Positions 18,324 through 27,859 of a DNA stretch of 64,000 bases are shown in pieces (positions within the stretch are counted from its first letter, which is position 1; the number at the start of each line of letters is the position of its first letter). The stretch comes from Boseongicola sp. (GTDB lineage: Bacteria > Pseudomonadota > Alphaproteobacteria > Rhodobacterales > Rhodobacteraceae): NCBI GenBank assembly GCA_014075275.1, contig CP046179.1, positions 503,932 to 567,931 on the forward strand, written 5' to 3'. Under the pieces are notes generated by a model. The model searched no databases. It saw only the letters and a program-made list of their open reading frames with translations, and was not told the origin of the DNA. A program made the position numbers and the translations under genes.

Positions 18324-19237
18324 GGGAACTAATATTTCTTTTACTCTGCCTGGCGGTGATGGGCGCTGGTTGGGGAGCCACCCAACCATTAGCAAAGATT
18401 GCCACCAGTGAGGGCTATCGCCACATCGGATTGATCTTCTGGCAACTTGCTATCGGTGCTTTGGTGATGTTCATCATTCAGACTGTGCGTGGCAAACGGC
18501 TGATTTTGACGGTTCCGGCATTGAAGATTTATCTACTGATTGCATTAATCGGGACCATTCTGCCGAACTCGGCATCCTATGAGGCGATCAGGCATCTGCC
18601 ATCGGGGATTATCTCGATACTTTTGTCGTTGGTGCCGATGATGGCATTTCCTATTGCATTGGCATTGTATATCGAGCGATTTCAACCGATCAGGTTCATC
18701 GGATTAGTGCTTGGTTTGATTGGTGTTTTGTTGATTGTAGCCCCGGAAGCGAGTTTGCCGGAGAGGGCGGCGCTGATATTCATTCCATTGGCTCTGGTCG
18801 CACCGGCGTTTTACGCGCTGGAGGGAAATGTAGTTGCCAAGTGGGGCACGGCCGGTCTTGGCCCTGTAGCAGTATTATATGGCGCCTCGGTTGTAGGCGC
18901 GATCATCACGTTTCCGGCTGCCCTGCTGTCAGGTGAGTTTATTGACCCGAGACTACCGTGGAGCACGCCGGATTACGCCCTGATATTGGCGTCAGTGATC
19001 CATGTGTTGGTTTATACGTGCTATGTCTGGATGGTGAAGCGCGCCGGACCGGTCTTTGCGGTACAGGTCAGCTATTTGGTGACGGGTTTTGGGGTTGGCT
19101 GGGCTATGTTGATTTTGGGTGAAAGTTATTCGATTTGGGTTTGGGCTGCGATGGCAGTTATATTGTCGGGTGTTTTCCTCGTTCAGCCGCGATCAAGTGA
19201 AACGCTTGTAGACGAGCCGGAAACCGGCAAGACTTGA
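18320..19237 (+). CDS. DMT (EamA) family transporter
   Basis: About 10 TM segments and a two-EamA-repeat architecture. 4-nt overlap with the upstream gene. Confidence 0.8.
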   Translation: MRELIFLLLCLAVMGAGWGATQPLAKIATSEGYRHIGLIFWQLAIGALVMFIIQTVRGKRLILTVPALKIYLLIALIGTILPNSASYEAIRHLPSGIISILLSLVPMMAFPIALALYIERFQPIRFIGLVLGLIGVLLIVAPEASLPERAALIFIPLALVAPAFYALEGNVVAKWGTAGLGPVAVLYGASVVGAIITFPAALLSGEFIDPRLPWSTPDYALILASVIHVLVYTCYVWMVKRAGPVFAVQVSYLVTGFGVGWAMLILGESYSIWVWAAMAVILSGVFLVQPRSSETLVDEPETGKT

Positions 19238-19244
19238 TCACGAG

Positions 19245-21032
19245 ATGACGGATGTTTTCGGATTTTCGCCCGAGGTTCAGGCGATATTATCGCTGGCCGT
19301 AGTTGGCATCATGTTTGCCATGTTCCTGTGGGAGCGGTGGCCGACGGAGGTTGTGGCCATCGGCGGGGTGGCGCTGCTGTTGGCGACAGGCCTTTTGCCC
19401 TATGAAACCGGGCTGACGGTTTTGTCGAATCCGGCCCCGTGGACGATTGCAGCGATGTTCATCGTTATGGGCGCATTGGTGCGCACAGGTGCCTTGAGCT
19501 GGTTCACTGCGAAAGTGGAAAAGCAAGCCGGTATTCGACCCGCAGCCGCCTTGGCGGCGATGATGGGGTTCGTCGTTTTTTCGTCGGCGATTGTGTCCAA
19601 TACGCCGGTTGTTGTCGTGATGATACCGGTCTTTGTGCAACTGGCGTCAAAACTGGGATTGTCGGCGTCGAAACTGCTGATCCCACTCAGCTACGGAGCT
19701 ATTCTGGGCGGCACACTTACACTGTTGGGCACTTCAACAAATTTGTTGGTCGACGGCGTGGCGCGAACACATGGACTGGAGCCTTTTACCATCTTCGAAG
19801 TGACGCCTTTGGCAATCGTTCTGGTAGCCTGGGGGATGCTGTATCTGCGCATATTTGGGCCGAGATTGTTACCTGACCGTTCCTCGATGGCGACCGTGTT
19901 GTCGGATAGGTCGAGCAAAATGAAATTCTTTACCGAAGTTGCTGTTCCGGAAAACAGCGAGTTGATCGGGCGTGCGGTGCGCGAAGTCGGATTGTTCAAG
20001 CGTGATGGCGTGCGATTGATTGATGTGCTGCGCGGCGACGCTTCGTTGCGGCGCAATTTGGAGGATGTGGCGCTGGAGGCCGGTGACCGGGTGGTCTTAC
20101 GCACACCAATGGCCGAAGCGCTGGGACTGCAACAGGCCAAAGAACTGCACACCGTCGATAAGTTGTCGTCAGTTGAGACCACAACGGTCGAAGTGCTGAT
20201 AACGCCCGGGTGTCGGATGATTGGATGGTCATTAGGGGCATTGAGACTGCGCCGGCGCTATGGCGTGTATCCTTTGGCAGTGCATCGCCGGTCGCAGAAC
20301 ATCGGGCGTCAGTTGGATGATCTGGTCGTGCGGGTAGGTGACACGCTGCTGTTGGAGGGTGATCCGAGCGACATTCAACGTCTGGCCGTAGATATGAATC
20401 TTGTGGATGTCAGTCATCCGACCGCGCGTGCATATCGGCGTGGCAAAGCACCGATTGCGGTTGCAGCTTTGTTGGGCATCGTCCTGCTTGCCGCATTTGG
20501 AGTTGCGCCGATCTTTTTCCTGGCGATCTTGTCGGTAGCTGTTGTGTTGTTGACCGGGTGCATCGACGCAGAAGAAGCGTTTGACATGATCGACGGACGG
20601 TTGCTGGCATTGATTTTCGCGATGCTCGGGATTGGGGCCGCTTTAGAGGCGACGGGTGCTGTTGCCCTGATTGTCGACGGGTTTGCGCCTTATCTGGGGG
20701 CACTGCCGCCGTGGGCCATTGTTTGGGCGATCTACTTGTTGACATCTGTTTTGACGGAGCTGGTAACCAACAATGCGGTGGCGGTGGTTATCACGCCAAT
20801 TGCCATCGGATTAGCGACAGCGCTGGGCATCGACCCTAGGCCGCTTGTTGTGGCGGTGATGGTTGCCGCATCGGCTGCGTTTTCCACGCCTATCGGGTAT
20901 CAAACTAATATGCTGGTCTATGGTCCGGGTGGGTATAAATTCACTGACTTCCTTAAGGTCGGTGTGCCGCTGAATTTATCTATTGGGTTGCTGGCGTCGC
21001 TGATGATTCCAATGATCTGGCCGTTATACTAG
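19245..21032 (+). CDS. SLC13/DASS-type permease with two central TrkA-C (RCK_C) domains
   Basis: Hydrophobic N- and C-terminal halves flank two soluble repeats (FTEVAVPENSELIGRAV..., VEVLITPGCRMIGWSL...). Confidence 0.85.
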   Translation: MTDVFGFSPEVQAILSLAVVGIMFAMFLWERWPTEVVAIGGVALLLATGLLPYETGLTVLSNPAPWTIAAMFIVMGALVRTGALSWFTAKVEKQAGIRPAAALAAMMGFVVFSSAIVSNTPVVVVMIPVFVQLASKLGLSASKLLIPLSYGAILGGTLTLLGTSTNLLVDGVARTHGLEPFTIFEVTPLAIVLVAWGMLYLRIFGPRLLPDRSSMATVLSDRSSKMKFFTEVAVPENSELIGRAVREVGLFKRDGVRLIDVLRGDASLRRNLEDVALEAGDRVVLRTPMAEALGLQQAKELHTVDKLSSVETTTVEVLITPGCRMIGWSLGALRLRRRYGVYPLAVHRRSQNIGRQLDDLVVRVGDTLLLEGDPSDIQRLAVDMNLVDVSHPTARAYRRGKAPIAVAALLGIVLLAAFGVAPIFFLAILSVAVVLLTGCIDAEEAFDMIDGRLLALIFAMLGIGAALEATGAVALIVDGFAPYLGALPPWAIVWAIYLLTSVLTELVTNNAVAVVITPIAIGLATALGIDPRPLVVAVMVAASAAFSTPIGYQTNMLVYGPGGYKFTDFLKVGVPLNLSIGLLASLMIPMIWPLY

Positions 21033-21099
21033 AGCCCTGAGCAGCAACCGAGCGAACATCGGGAGATGCCGCTCGGGTAAGGTTTAGCTGATCGGTTCG

Positions 21100-21753
21100 T
21101 TATTTTGCGGCCTTATCGGCTTTCTTTTGGGCCTTATCTGCGGCTTTGGTGGCCTTATTGGCTTTTTGCTTAGCCGTGTTGGCGGCCTTTTTGGCATCTT
21201 TTGCCTTTTGAGCAGCGGTCTTTTTGGCGTCCTTGGCCTTGGCAACTTTGGCTTTAGCTTTTTCGACTTTTGCTTCTGCCTTGGCTTTTTGCTTGTCGTT
21301 CTTGGCGGTTTTGGCCTTTTTCTTGGCGGCTTGGAGTTTGGCCTTTTCTTTCGTCAGCTTACTTGCGGTGTTGTCGGCCTTTTGGGCTTTATTAGCTGCT
21401 TTTTTCACTGCCTTATCGGCGTTCTTTTCAGCTTTTTCAGCCTTCGTTGCCTTATTCGCGGCTTTCTCAGCCGTCTTTTCCGCTTTTGCAGATGCAGCCG
21501 CGCTGTCTTCAGTTGCGTCGGTTGCTGACTTGCCGGCACGGTCAGCGCGGCGATCAGCGCGATCGTGGCGGGCGTTTGCAAGTTGTTGAATATTATCGAC
21601 TTCTTCGACTTGCCTGTTCGGCGAACAGAAGGTCACAATCAAGACGGTTGAACATGTCACACCTTCGGCAGATGACAGTTTGGCAGCCATGGACGCAGGT
21701 GCGCTAAGGCCAAAGGCAACAATTGCAGGAATAAGGAGATTGATCGGTTTCAT
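21100..21753 (-). CDS. Signal-peptide-bearing Lys/Ala-rich low-complexity protein
   Basis: MKPINLLIPAIVAFGLSAPASMA signal peptide. The C-terminal two-thirds consist almost only of K/A/E/T/D/N/Q (AEKAANKATKAEKAEKNADKAVKKAANKAQKAD...). The opposite-strand ORFs are low-complexity artefacts. Confidence 0.65.
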   Translation of the reverse strand: MKPINLLIPAIVAFGLSAPASMAAKLSSAEGVTCSTVLIVTFCSPNRQVEEVDNIQQLANARHDRADRRADRAGKSATDATEDSAAASAKAEKTAEKAANKATKAEKAEKNADKAVKKAANKAQKADNTASKLTKEKAKLQAAKKKAKTAKNDKQKAKAEAKVEKAKAKVAKAKDAKKTAAQKAKDAKKAANTAKQKANKATKAADKAQKKADKAAK

Positions 21754-21944
21754 ACTGGTTACTCTTGTCTGGATACTAACTAACTCGTCGAATGTGACAC
21801 TGACATTCAGGTTTGTGCATATTTAGGCAAAATCGTGATAAATGCGTGGAAAATCGAAGTTGAAAGTTAATGCGCTGTTCCGCTTGAGGTCCAAGACAGG
21901 GCCGACTAGAACGGCCCGGATCTGGGACATCGGGAGTTTCGTGC

Positions 21945-22685
21945 ATGGCGGGCCATTCAAAATGGGCAAACATTCAACATCGTAAGGGGCGGCAGGATGC
22001 TGCGCGCTCTAAGCTATTTTCGAAACTGTCCAAAGAGATCACTGTTGCAGCCAAAATGGGCGATCCGGATCCGGAGAAAAATCCTCGTTTGCGGCTGGCT
22101 GTAAAGGAAGCGAAGTCGAACTCGGTTCCGAAGGACGTTATTGATCGCGCAATTTCCAAGTCGCAAGCTGGCGAGGGCGATGAATTCGAAGAGATCCGCT
22201 ATGAGGGCTATGGGCCGAACGGTGTTGCAGTTATCGTCGAAGCGATGACGGACAATCGTAACCGCACGGCGTCTACCGTTCGTTCGACATTCGGTAAACA
22301 CGGCGGAAATCTGGGCGAAACCGGATCGGTGAGCTTTATGTTCGAACGCAAGGGCGAGATCATCTATTTGCCCGAAGCGGGTGACGAAGACACGATCATG
22401 ATGGCAGCGATTGAAGCAGGTGCCGAGGATGTCGAAAGCTCGGAAGATGAGCACACCATCTATACGGCTGATACCGATCTGAACGAAGTCTCAACGTCGC
22501 TTGAGACGGAACTTGGCGAGGCCGAATCGACTAAGCTGATCTGGAAGCCTTCCACGACGACAGAGCTGGATCTGGAAGGTGCTCAAAAGTTGATGCGTCT
22601 GATCGAGGTTCTGGAGGATGACGACGACATTCAGCGTGTCACCGCTAACTTCGACATTTCCGATGAGGTTATGGAACAGCTCTGA
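21945..22685 (+). CDS. yebC: YebC/PmpR family DNA-binding regulator
   Basis: [37 protein letters not shown] is near-invariant family sequence. Confidence 0.95.
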   Translation: MAGHSKWANIQHRKGRQDAARSKLFSKLSKEITVAAKMGDPDPEKNPRLRLAVKEAKSNSVPKDVIDRAISKSQAGEGDEFEEIRYEGYGPNGVAVIVEAMTDNRNRTASTVRSTFGKHGGNLGETGSVSFMFERKGEIIYLPEAGDEDTIMMAAIEAGAEDVESSEDEHTIYTADTDLNEVSTSLETELGEAESTKLIWKPSTTTELDLEGAQKLMRLIEVLEDDDDIQRVTANFDISDEVMEQL

Positions 22686-22765
22686 TCTGGTTCTGACAAG
22701 TTGTCTGGTTTGGGTCGTGTCGTTCGCGGCTTGTGACGCCGGAAGTGCAGGATCATAAGGGCGGT

Positions 22766-23674
22766 ATGGAAACAGGCCCTTCTTCGACTGCCGGACAAAG
22801 ACCACTGCTTGGGGTCTTCTGGATGTTCGTAACCGGTTTGGGGTTTGTAGCTGTTACCGCAATTGTGAAACATGGCGCTCAGGATCTTCCAGCGGCGCAG
22901 TCAGCATTTTTGAGGTATGTGATTGGGTTGGTTTTTCTGGCGCCGCTTATCCGTCCCATTTTGGCATCGAATTTGACGCGACAGCAGCTGACTATGTTCA
23001 GTATTCGCGGAGCCGGGCACACATTGGGTGTAATTCTTTGGTTCTATGCCATGACCCGTATCACCGTCGCTGAAGTTACGGCGATGAACTATATGGCACC
23101 AATATACATTACGCTTGGAGCGGCCTTGTTCCTGGGTGAACGTTTGGCGTTTCGGCGCATTGCAGCCATTGCTCTGGCATTTGTCGGTGCTTTAATCATT
23201 TTGCGTCCGGGATTTCGTGAGTTGAGTTCAGGGCATTTCGCGATGATCGGGACTGCGATATTCTTTGCAATCAGCTATTTGTCGGCAAAGCGTTTGGCAG
23301 ACGAGGTGTCGGCGCCAGTGGTCATCGGGATGATGACGATCACTGTTACAATCGGTCTGCTCCCATTCGCGATTGCCGTTTGGCAGACACCGACGTGGGC
23401 CGAGATCGGGTGGATGGCACTGGTTGCCCTGGTGGCCACGGGCGCACATTACAGCATGACCCTGGCATTTGCTGCTGCCCCTGTGATGGTGACGCAACCG
23501 GTAACTTTCCTGCAGCTGATCTGGGCGACACTTCTTGGGTATTGGGCTTTTGGCGAGGTGATTGATGGTTGGGTCGTATTGGGTGGTATCGTCATCTTGT
23601 CATCAGTTGTGTTTATCACAGTACGAGAGGCCTATTTGAAACGAGCAGCTCATAACCACGCAGGTGGCATCTAA
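22766..23674 (+). CDS. DMT (EamA) family transporter
   Basis: 10 TM segments in two EamA repeats. Start uncertain (22733 or ATG 22766). Confidence 0.8.
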   Translation: METGPSSTAGQRPLLGVFWMFVTGLGFVAVTAIVKHGAQDLPAAQSAFLRYVIGLVFLAPLIRPILASNLTRQQLTMFSIRGAGHTLGVILWFYAMTRITVAEVTAMNYMAPIYITLGAALFLGERLAFRRIAAIALAFVGALIILRPGFRELSSGHFAMIGTAIFFAISYLSAKRLADEVSAPVVIGMMTITVTIGLLPFAIAVWQTPTWAEIGWMALVALVATGAHYSMTLAFAAAPVMVTQPVTFLQLIWATLLGYWAFGEVIDGWVVLGGIVILSSVVFITVREAYLKRAAHNHAGGI

Positions 23675-23755
23675 ACTGAAATTACCCGCGGTTTGCCCTT
23701 ATTTCGCCGCTTTCGCCCGCAAGTTTGGCGACGGTGGCTTAAAGGGAATGTAGGT

Positions 23756-24340
23756 ATGAGTGGACCGCAAAATCCGCAAAGTGATGGGAGTTTTCAGGAC
23801 CGGTTGAACCGTGTCGCTGAGCGCAGGGCGCCGATCGAGGCGGCCCGACCTCAGGTGGATGTTCTTCCGGACTGGAAACAGAATGTAAGGTATCCTAGCG
23901 GGCTAATTGGGGCTGCGGTGTTGGGCATGGCGGCTGTTTTCATAGCCCGGTTCGCGCGAGCTCATCTGATGGATGGTGGATTGGAAGGCTTTGATGCCGA
24001 TATCACGATGGTCATTGATGGTGTGGTGGCTGGTTTGTGTTCTTTTCTTCTGTTCGGCCTATTACGATTTGAAGGCAAGGAATTCAAAGCGGCACAGACT
24101 TTCGGCATCATTGCGATGATCTGTATGATGCATAATTTCGTTCATTCCGCGCCGCGGGTATTTTCGTTGTTGTTTTCGGCGGAATGGACAGAAGAGGTTA
24201 TCGCTCGGTCCGAGCCGAACTCGATTTATTTTCGTGGGAATTACTTTGTTTTAAGTCCCGAACAGGAAGTGGCGGAAGACATTGAAGACGTTGATGTCCC
24301 GGAGACGCCGGCCCTTCCAAAAGTGCGTAGATTGGGGTGA
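23756..24340 (+). CDS. Hypothetical membrane protein
   Basis: 194-aa ORF with three hydrophobic segments and an acidic C-terminus. I recognise no family. It lies 63 nt upstream of betC. Confidence 0.5.
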   Translation: MSGPQNPQSDGSFQDRLNRVAERRAPIEAARPQVDVLPDWKQNVRYPSGLIGAAVLGMAAVFIARFARAHLMDGGLEGFDADITMVIDGVVAGLCSFLLFGLLRFEGKEFKAAQTFGIIAMICMMHNFVHSAPRVFSLLFSAEWTEEVIARSEPNSIYFRGNYFVLSPEQEVAEDIEDVDVPETPALPKVRRLG

Positions 24341-24403
24341 CGAATATGAGTTGACGCGTGTTCCGCAATCGGTTGATCTGTGGCCACCAACGGAGCATGC
24401 GCA

Positions 24404-25912
24404 ATGAAACGTTCGAATATCCTTATCATCATGGTGGACCAGCTGGCGGGAACTTTTTTCCCGGATGGTCCCGCAGAGTGGCTACACACACCAAATCTAA
24501 AGAAGCTGGCAGACCGTTCGGCGCGATTCACGAACACCTATACCGCTTCACCGCTTTGTGCTCCGGGGCGCGCCGGGTTCATGTCATCAATGTTGGCATC
24601 GCGCACCGGTGTTTACGACAATGCCGCCGAGTTTCGATCAGATATTCCGACTTTTGCGCATCATCTTCGACGGACCGGGTATGCGACCTGTTTATCGGGT
24701 AAGATGCATTTTGTGGGTCCCGATCAGTTGCACGGGTTTGAAGAGCGTTTGACCACTGATATATATCCGGCCGACTTTGGCTGGACTCCGGACTATCGCA
24801 AACCTGGCGAGCGAATTGACTGGTGGTATCACAATATGGGGTCCGTTACGGGCGCAGGTGTGGCTGAGATCAGCAATCAAATGGAATATGACGACGAGGT
24901 TGCGCACCTTGGGTGTCAAAAGCTGTATGATTTGGCTCGTGGCAAAGACGAGCGCCCCTGGTGTTTGACGGTGAGCTTCACCCATCCGCATGACCCATAT
25001 GTTGCCCGGCGGAAGTATTGGGACCTTTATGAGGATTGTGAGCACCTTCAACCCGAAGTGCCAGCAATGGCATATGAAGATCACGATCCTCATTCGCAGC
25101 GGATCTTTGATGCCAACGACTGGCGGTCCTTTGACATTACCGATGAGAATGTGGAAAGCGCCCGCCGCGGCTATTTCTCTAACCTGTCGTATCTGGACGA
25201 CAAGGTCGGCGAATTGATGAAGGTTCTGGAGGACACGCGCCAAGAGGCGATAGTGGTCTTTGTTTCGGATCACGGCGATATGTTGGGCGAGCGTGGCTTA
25301 TGGTTCAAGATGAGCATGTTCGAGGGATCATCGCGGGTGCCATTAATGATCGCCGCGCCGGGGTTGGAGACAGGCCGGATCGATACGCCGGTATCAACAT
25401 TGGATTTGGGGCCGACGCTGGCCGACATTGCCGGCCTTGATGTGTCGTCCCTAGCGGATTGGACGGACGGCGAAACTCTTTTGCCAATCGCTGCAGGATC
25501 GGATCGAACCGAACCAGTGCGGATCGAATATGCCGCCGAAGCGACGATTGCCCCGATGGCGGCGCTGCGGTGGGGCCGATACAAATACATCAGATGTGCC
25601 GTTGATCCCGAACTGTTGTTCGATCTGGACGCGGATCCGAATGAGCTTGTGAACCTGGTTGATGATGAAGCTCATGGCGATGCTTTGACCGAGTTGCGCA
25701 AGATGGCCGATGATTATTGGAACCTGGAAGCGATAGATGCGGATATCCGGGCCAGCCAGGCGCGTCGGTTGGTTGTGTATGACGCCCTGCGCGAGGGCGG
25801 GTATTACCCTTGGGATTTCCAGCCGCTTCAGAAAGCCTCGGAACGGTTCATGCGCAACCATATGGACTTGAATGATCTGGAGGAGCGCCAGCGATATCCG
25901 CGCGGCGAGTAG
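24404..25912 (+). CDS. betC: Choline-sulfatase
   Basis: MKRSNILIIMVDQL...SPLCAPGRAGFMS carries the sulfatase C-x-P-x-R motif. Length and C-terminal region (LFDLDADPNELVNL, RNHMDLN) match BetC-type sulfatases. Confidence 0.8.
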   Translation: MKRSNILIIMVDQLAGTFFPDGPAEWLHTPNLKKLADRSARFTNTYTASPLCAPGRAGFMSSMLASRTGVYDNAAEFRSDIPTFAHHLRRTGYATCLSGKMHFVGPDQLHGFEERLTTDIYPADFGWTPDYRKPGERIDWWYHNMGSVTGAGVAEISNQMEYDDEVAHLGCQKLYDLARGKDERPWCLTVSFTHPHDPYVARRKYWDLYEDCEHLQPEVPAMAYEDHDPHSQRIFDANDWRSFDITDENVESARRGYFSNLSYLDDKVGELMKVLEDTRQEAIVVFVSDHGDMLGERGLWFKMSMFEGSSRVPLMIAAPGLETGRIDTPVSTLDLGPTLADIAGLDVSSLADWTDGETLLPIAAGSDRTEPVRIEYAAEATIAPMAALRWGRYKYIRCAVDPELLFDLDADPNELVNLVDDEAHGDALTELRKMADDYWNLEAIDADIRASQARRLVVYDALREGGYYPWDFQPLQKASERFMRNHMDLNDLEERQRYPRGE

Positions 25913-25920
25913 AAGGATTC

Positions 25921-25995
25921 GCCTTCTTTGAAGGCGAAAAACCGGGGGACACTGTCCCCCGGACCCCCTGAAGTATTTTTGGACAGAAGAAGAAC
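25921..25995 (+). repeat. Dispersed intergenic repeat, R-family copy 2
   Basis: gccttctttgaaggc hairpin, gggggacactgtccccc hairpin, then ggaccccctGAAGTATTTttggaCAGAAGAAGA. Confidence 0.8.
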
Positions 25996-26001
25996 TGAGT
26001 G

Positions 26002-26382
26002 TCAGGTTTCGGCGCAGTGTCGGCGAAAGGCGCGTTTCAGCATATCTAGTTCAGCACGCAGAAGGACAACTTCAGCGCGGATGTCTTCATCTAGAATTTC
26101 GCCGGCGATGACAGTTTCATGAGCCAGGGCGTCACCGGTTTCGGCATCTTCGATGATAAATGTTTGCACCCCGTCTGACAGCCGTTCGATCGGGATCTGG
26201 AATCGGACAAGCCAGCGCCGCGCGCCGTTGGGGTCTGGATCAGCATCCAGGGTTTCCGGCGCGCCGACTAATTGGTCTTGATGACGTAGCCGCAAGTTTG
26301 GGGGGGCGTCGCGACGAGTGGCCAGAAGCCCTTCCCAGATGCCCTCGGCTAGACGCATGCGAGTGAGAGTGACGTCGCTCAT
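26002..26382 (-). CDS. Hypothetical protein (126 aa), coupled to upstream hypothetical gene
   Basis: Coding-like codon usage. It starts 7 nt after the stop of the 250-aa ORF. The N-terminus MSDVTLTRMRLAEG repeats the C-terminus of the upstream protein. Confidence 0.6.
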   Translation of the reverse strand: MSDVTLTRMRLAEGIWEGLLATRRDAPPNLRLRHQDQLVGAPETLDADPDPNGARRWLVRFQIPIERLSDGVQTFIIEDAETGDALAHETVIAGEILDEDIRAEVVLLRAELDMLKRAFRRHCAET

Positions 26383-26389
26383 ATCCAGA

Positions 26390-27142
26390 TTACACCTCGG
26401 CCCGCGGGCGGCGTGTGAGCGTGACGTCGCTGAGAGTGATCTGGTTCATATTGGGACCTTCGAAAATCAGATCGACCCAAGCACGGTCCACCCGCTTTTC
26501 GTTCAGGCGCGAGGCAGCAATGTCGAACTCGACGGTCTTTTCTTCGGACTTGAGGTCAAATTCCCGCACGATTTGCTCGACATTTGGTCCGTGACGGATG
26601 TTCAGTCGGCCAAATATTTCCAGTGAGCTTTCGGTTTCCGCACGTATGTCCAGGCGGATGATATGGCGGCGCGACAGGTTTTCGACGGCGGCCTGCGGCA
26701 GATCCAGAACCAGACTGAGGAACGAACCATCAAAGCGGAACACGTCCATGCGCAGGCCATAAGGCGCAATATCTTCGACACGGGTGTTTCGGATCTGACG
26801 GACGGTGAGTTCATTCAGTTGGCAGTCATGGAACACCTTCGCTTCGCCACCGATATTTGTTTTGGATGTGACCGCGGCCAGCCCAGGAGGGCTGACCGGA
26901 AGTGACCATATGTCAGGACGCCACGCCCAGTCTGAATGGAGTGGGCGGCGAATGGCGGCATTCCCTGCAACTGGCAACTGAAGCCGAGCATCCGCCACCT
27001 GCAAAACCCGATTGACACGGCGCCCAAGGGAGCGTGCGCGTGTGCGCAAGGACTTCAATTCGGCGACATCTATCGTGTCGACGGATTGCGCCAACCGTTT
27101 CCAGCGGCGGAGGGCTCGTCGGTCATTCAGTTGCGTGAGCAT
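26390..27142 (-). CDS. Hypothetical protein (250 aa)
   Basis: Long ORF with coding-like composition. I recognise no motif. C-terminus ...ITLSDVTLTRRPRAEV. Confidence 0.65.
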   Translation of the reverse strand: MLTQLNDRRALRRWKRLAQSVDTIDVAELKSLRTRARSLGRRVNRVLQVADARLQLPVAGNAAIRRPLHSDWAWRPDIWSLPVSPPGLAAVTSKTNIGGEAKVFHDCQLNELTVRQIRNTRVEDIAPYGLRMDVFRFDGSFLSLVLDLPQAAVENLSRRHIIRLDIRAETESSLEIFGRLNIRHGPNVEQIVREFDLKSEEKTVEFDIAASRLNEKRVDRAWVDLIFEGPNMNQITLSDVTLTRRPRAEV

Positions 27143-27256
27143 GGGTTCCGGTTCGACAGCAGTGTCAGCAGATTACTGCGAGATTAGCCGTGGCGGGTCG
27201 GGTATGGCAATGGGTTTGGCCTGTGCAATTGCAGAATTGACCTTGAACAGCGAGCG

Positions 27257-27859
27257 TCATCCGCGGTTCGCTGCGCGCAGCCGCGCAATCTGTCCCTGAA
27301 GCACCAAAAGACCCTTGTCGCGGGCGATGGCATTTTGGGCGGTGCCAGACAGTGAGACGCTGACCAGGCGGCCGCCAATGTCAAAGAGTGCGCGCCAATA
27401 ATCCGTTGCCGTGTTTTTCGGCAGTTTACTGGAGTCCGTCAGATGCACGTAGAGAGCGTCGTCAAGGGTTTGTGTTTCAAGAATCTTGACGCTTTGGCTT
27501 TGACCGTCCCGAGCCAGCGCGGCGCGACCAGCATCTGTTAAGAGAAGTGTTTTGAGCGTCCCTGGTAGTAAGCCGCCAGTTATTCGACTGTCGACGGAGA
27601 CGGTAACGATGCCCGGAACCGGTGCTCTTGGGAGAAATGCGTTGCCGCTGAGTGAGGCGCAGCTTCCCAAAACGACGACGGCCGCCGGGCCGGTTGTGCG
27701 GGAAGTTTGGCCGTCAATGCACCAACCTTTGGCGCCAGCAATAACTAAACCGCCAGATATTTTTATCGCAGTTGGGGCGCTGGATGTGGGGTTTGACCCA
27801 GGTGTGCAAGCGGCAAGGACAAGCCCTGCCGCGATCAGGCAGGCCTTAAAGGTCTGCAT
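27257..27859 (-). CDS. Lipoprotein, unknown function
   Basis: [21 protein letters not shown] has lipobox LAAC. ATG 27859 overlaps the 3' end of ilvD by 14 nt. Confidence 0.65.
   Translation of the reverse strand: MQTFKACLIAAGLVLAACTPGSNPTSSAPTAIKISGGLVIAGAKGWCIDGQTSRTTGPAAVVVLGSCASLSGNAFLPRAPVPGIVTVSVDSRITGGLLPGTLKTLLLTDAGRAALARDGQSQSVKILETQTLDDALYVHLTDSSKLPKNTATDYWRALFDIGGRLVSVSLSGTAQNAIARDKGLLVLQGQIARLRAANRG

Noticed and set aside
21127-21589. Plus-strand ORFs (133 aa, 121 aa) rich in Leu/Phe/Gly/Ala opposite the Lys/Ala-rich gene
   Set aside because: They are mirror-image artefacts of the low-complexity AAG/GCN repeats. Only the minus-strand frame has a start with a signal peptide and a sensible context.
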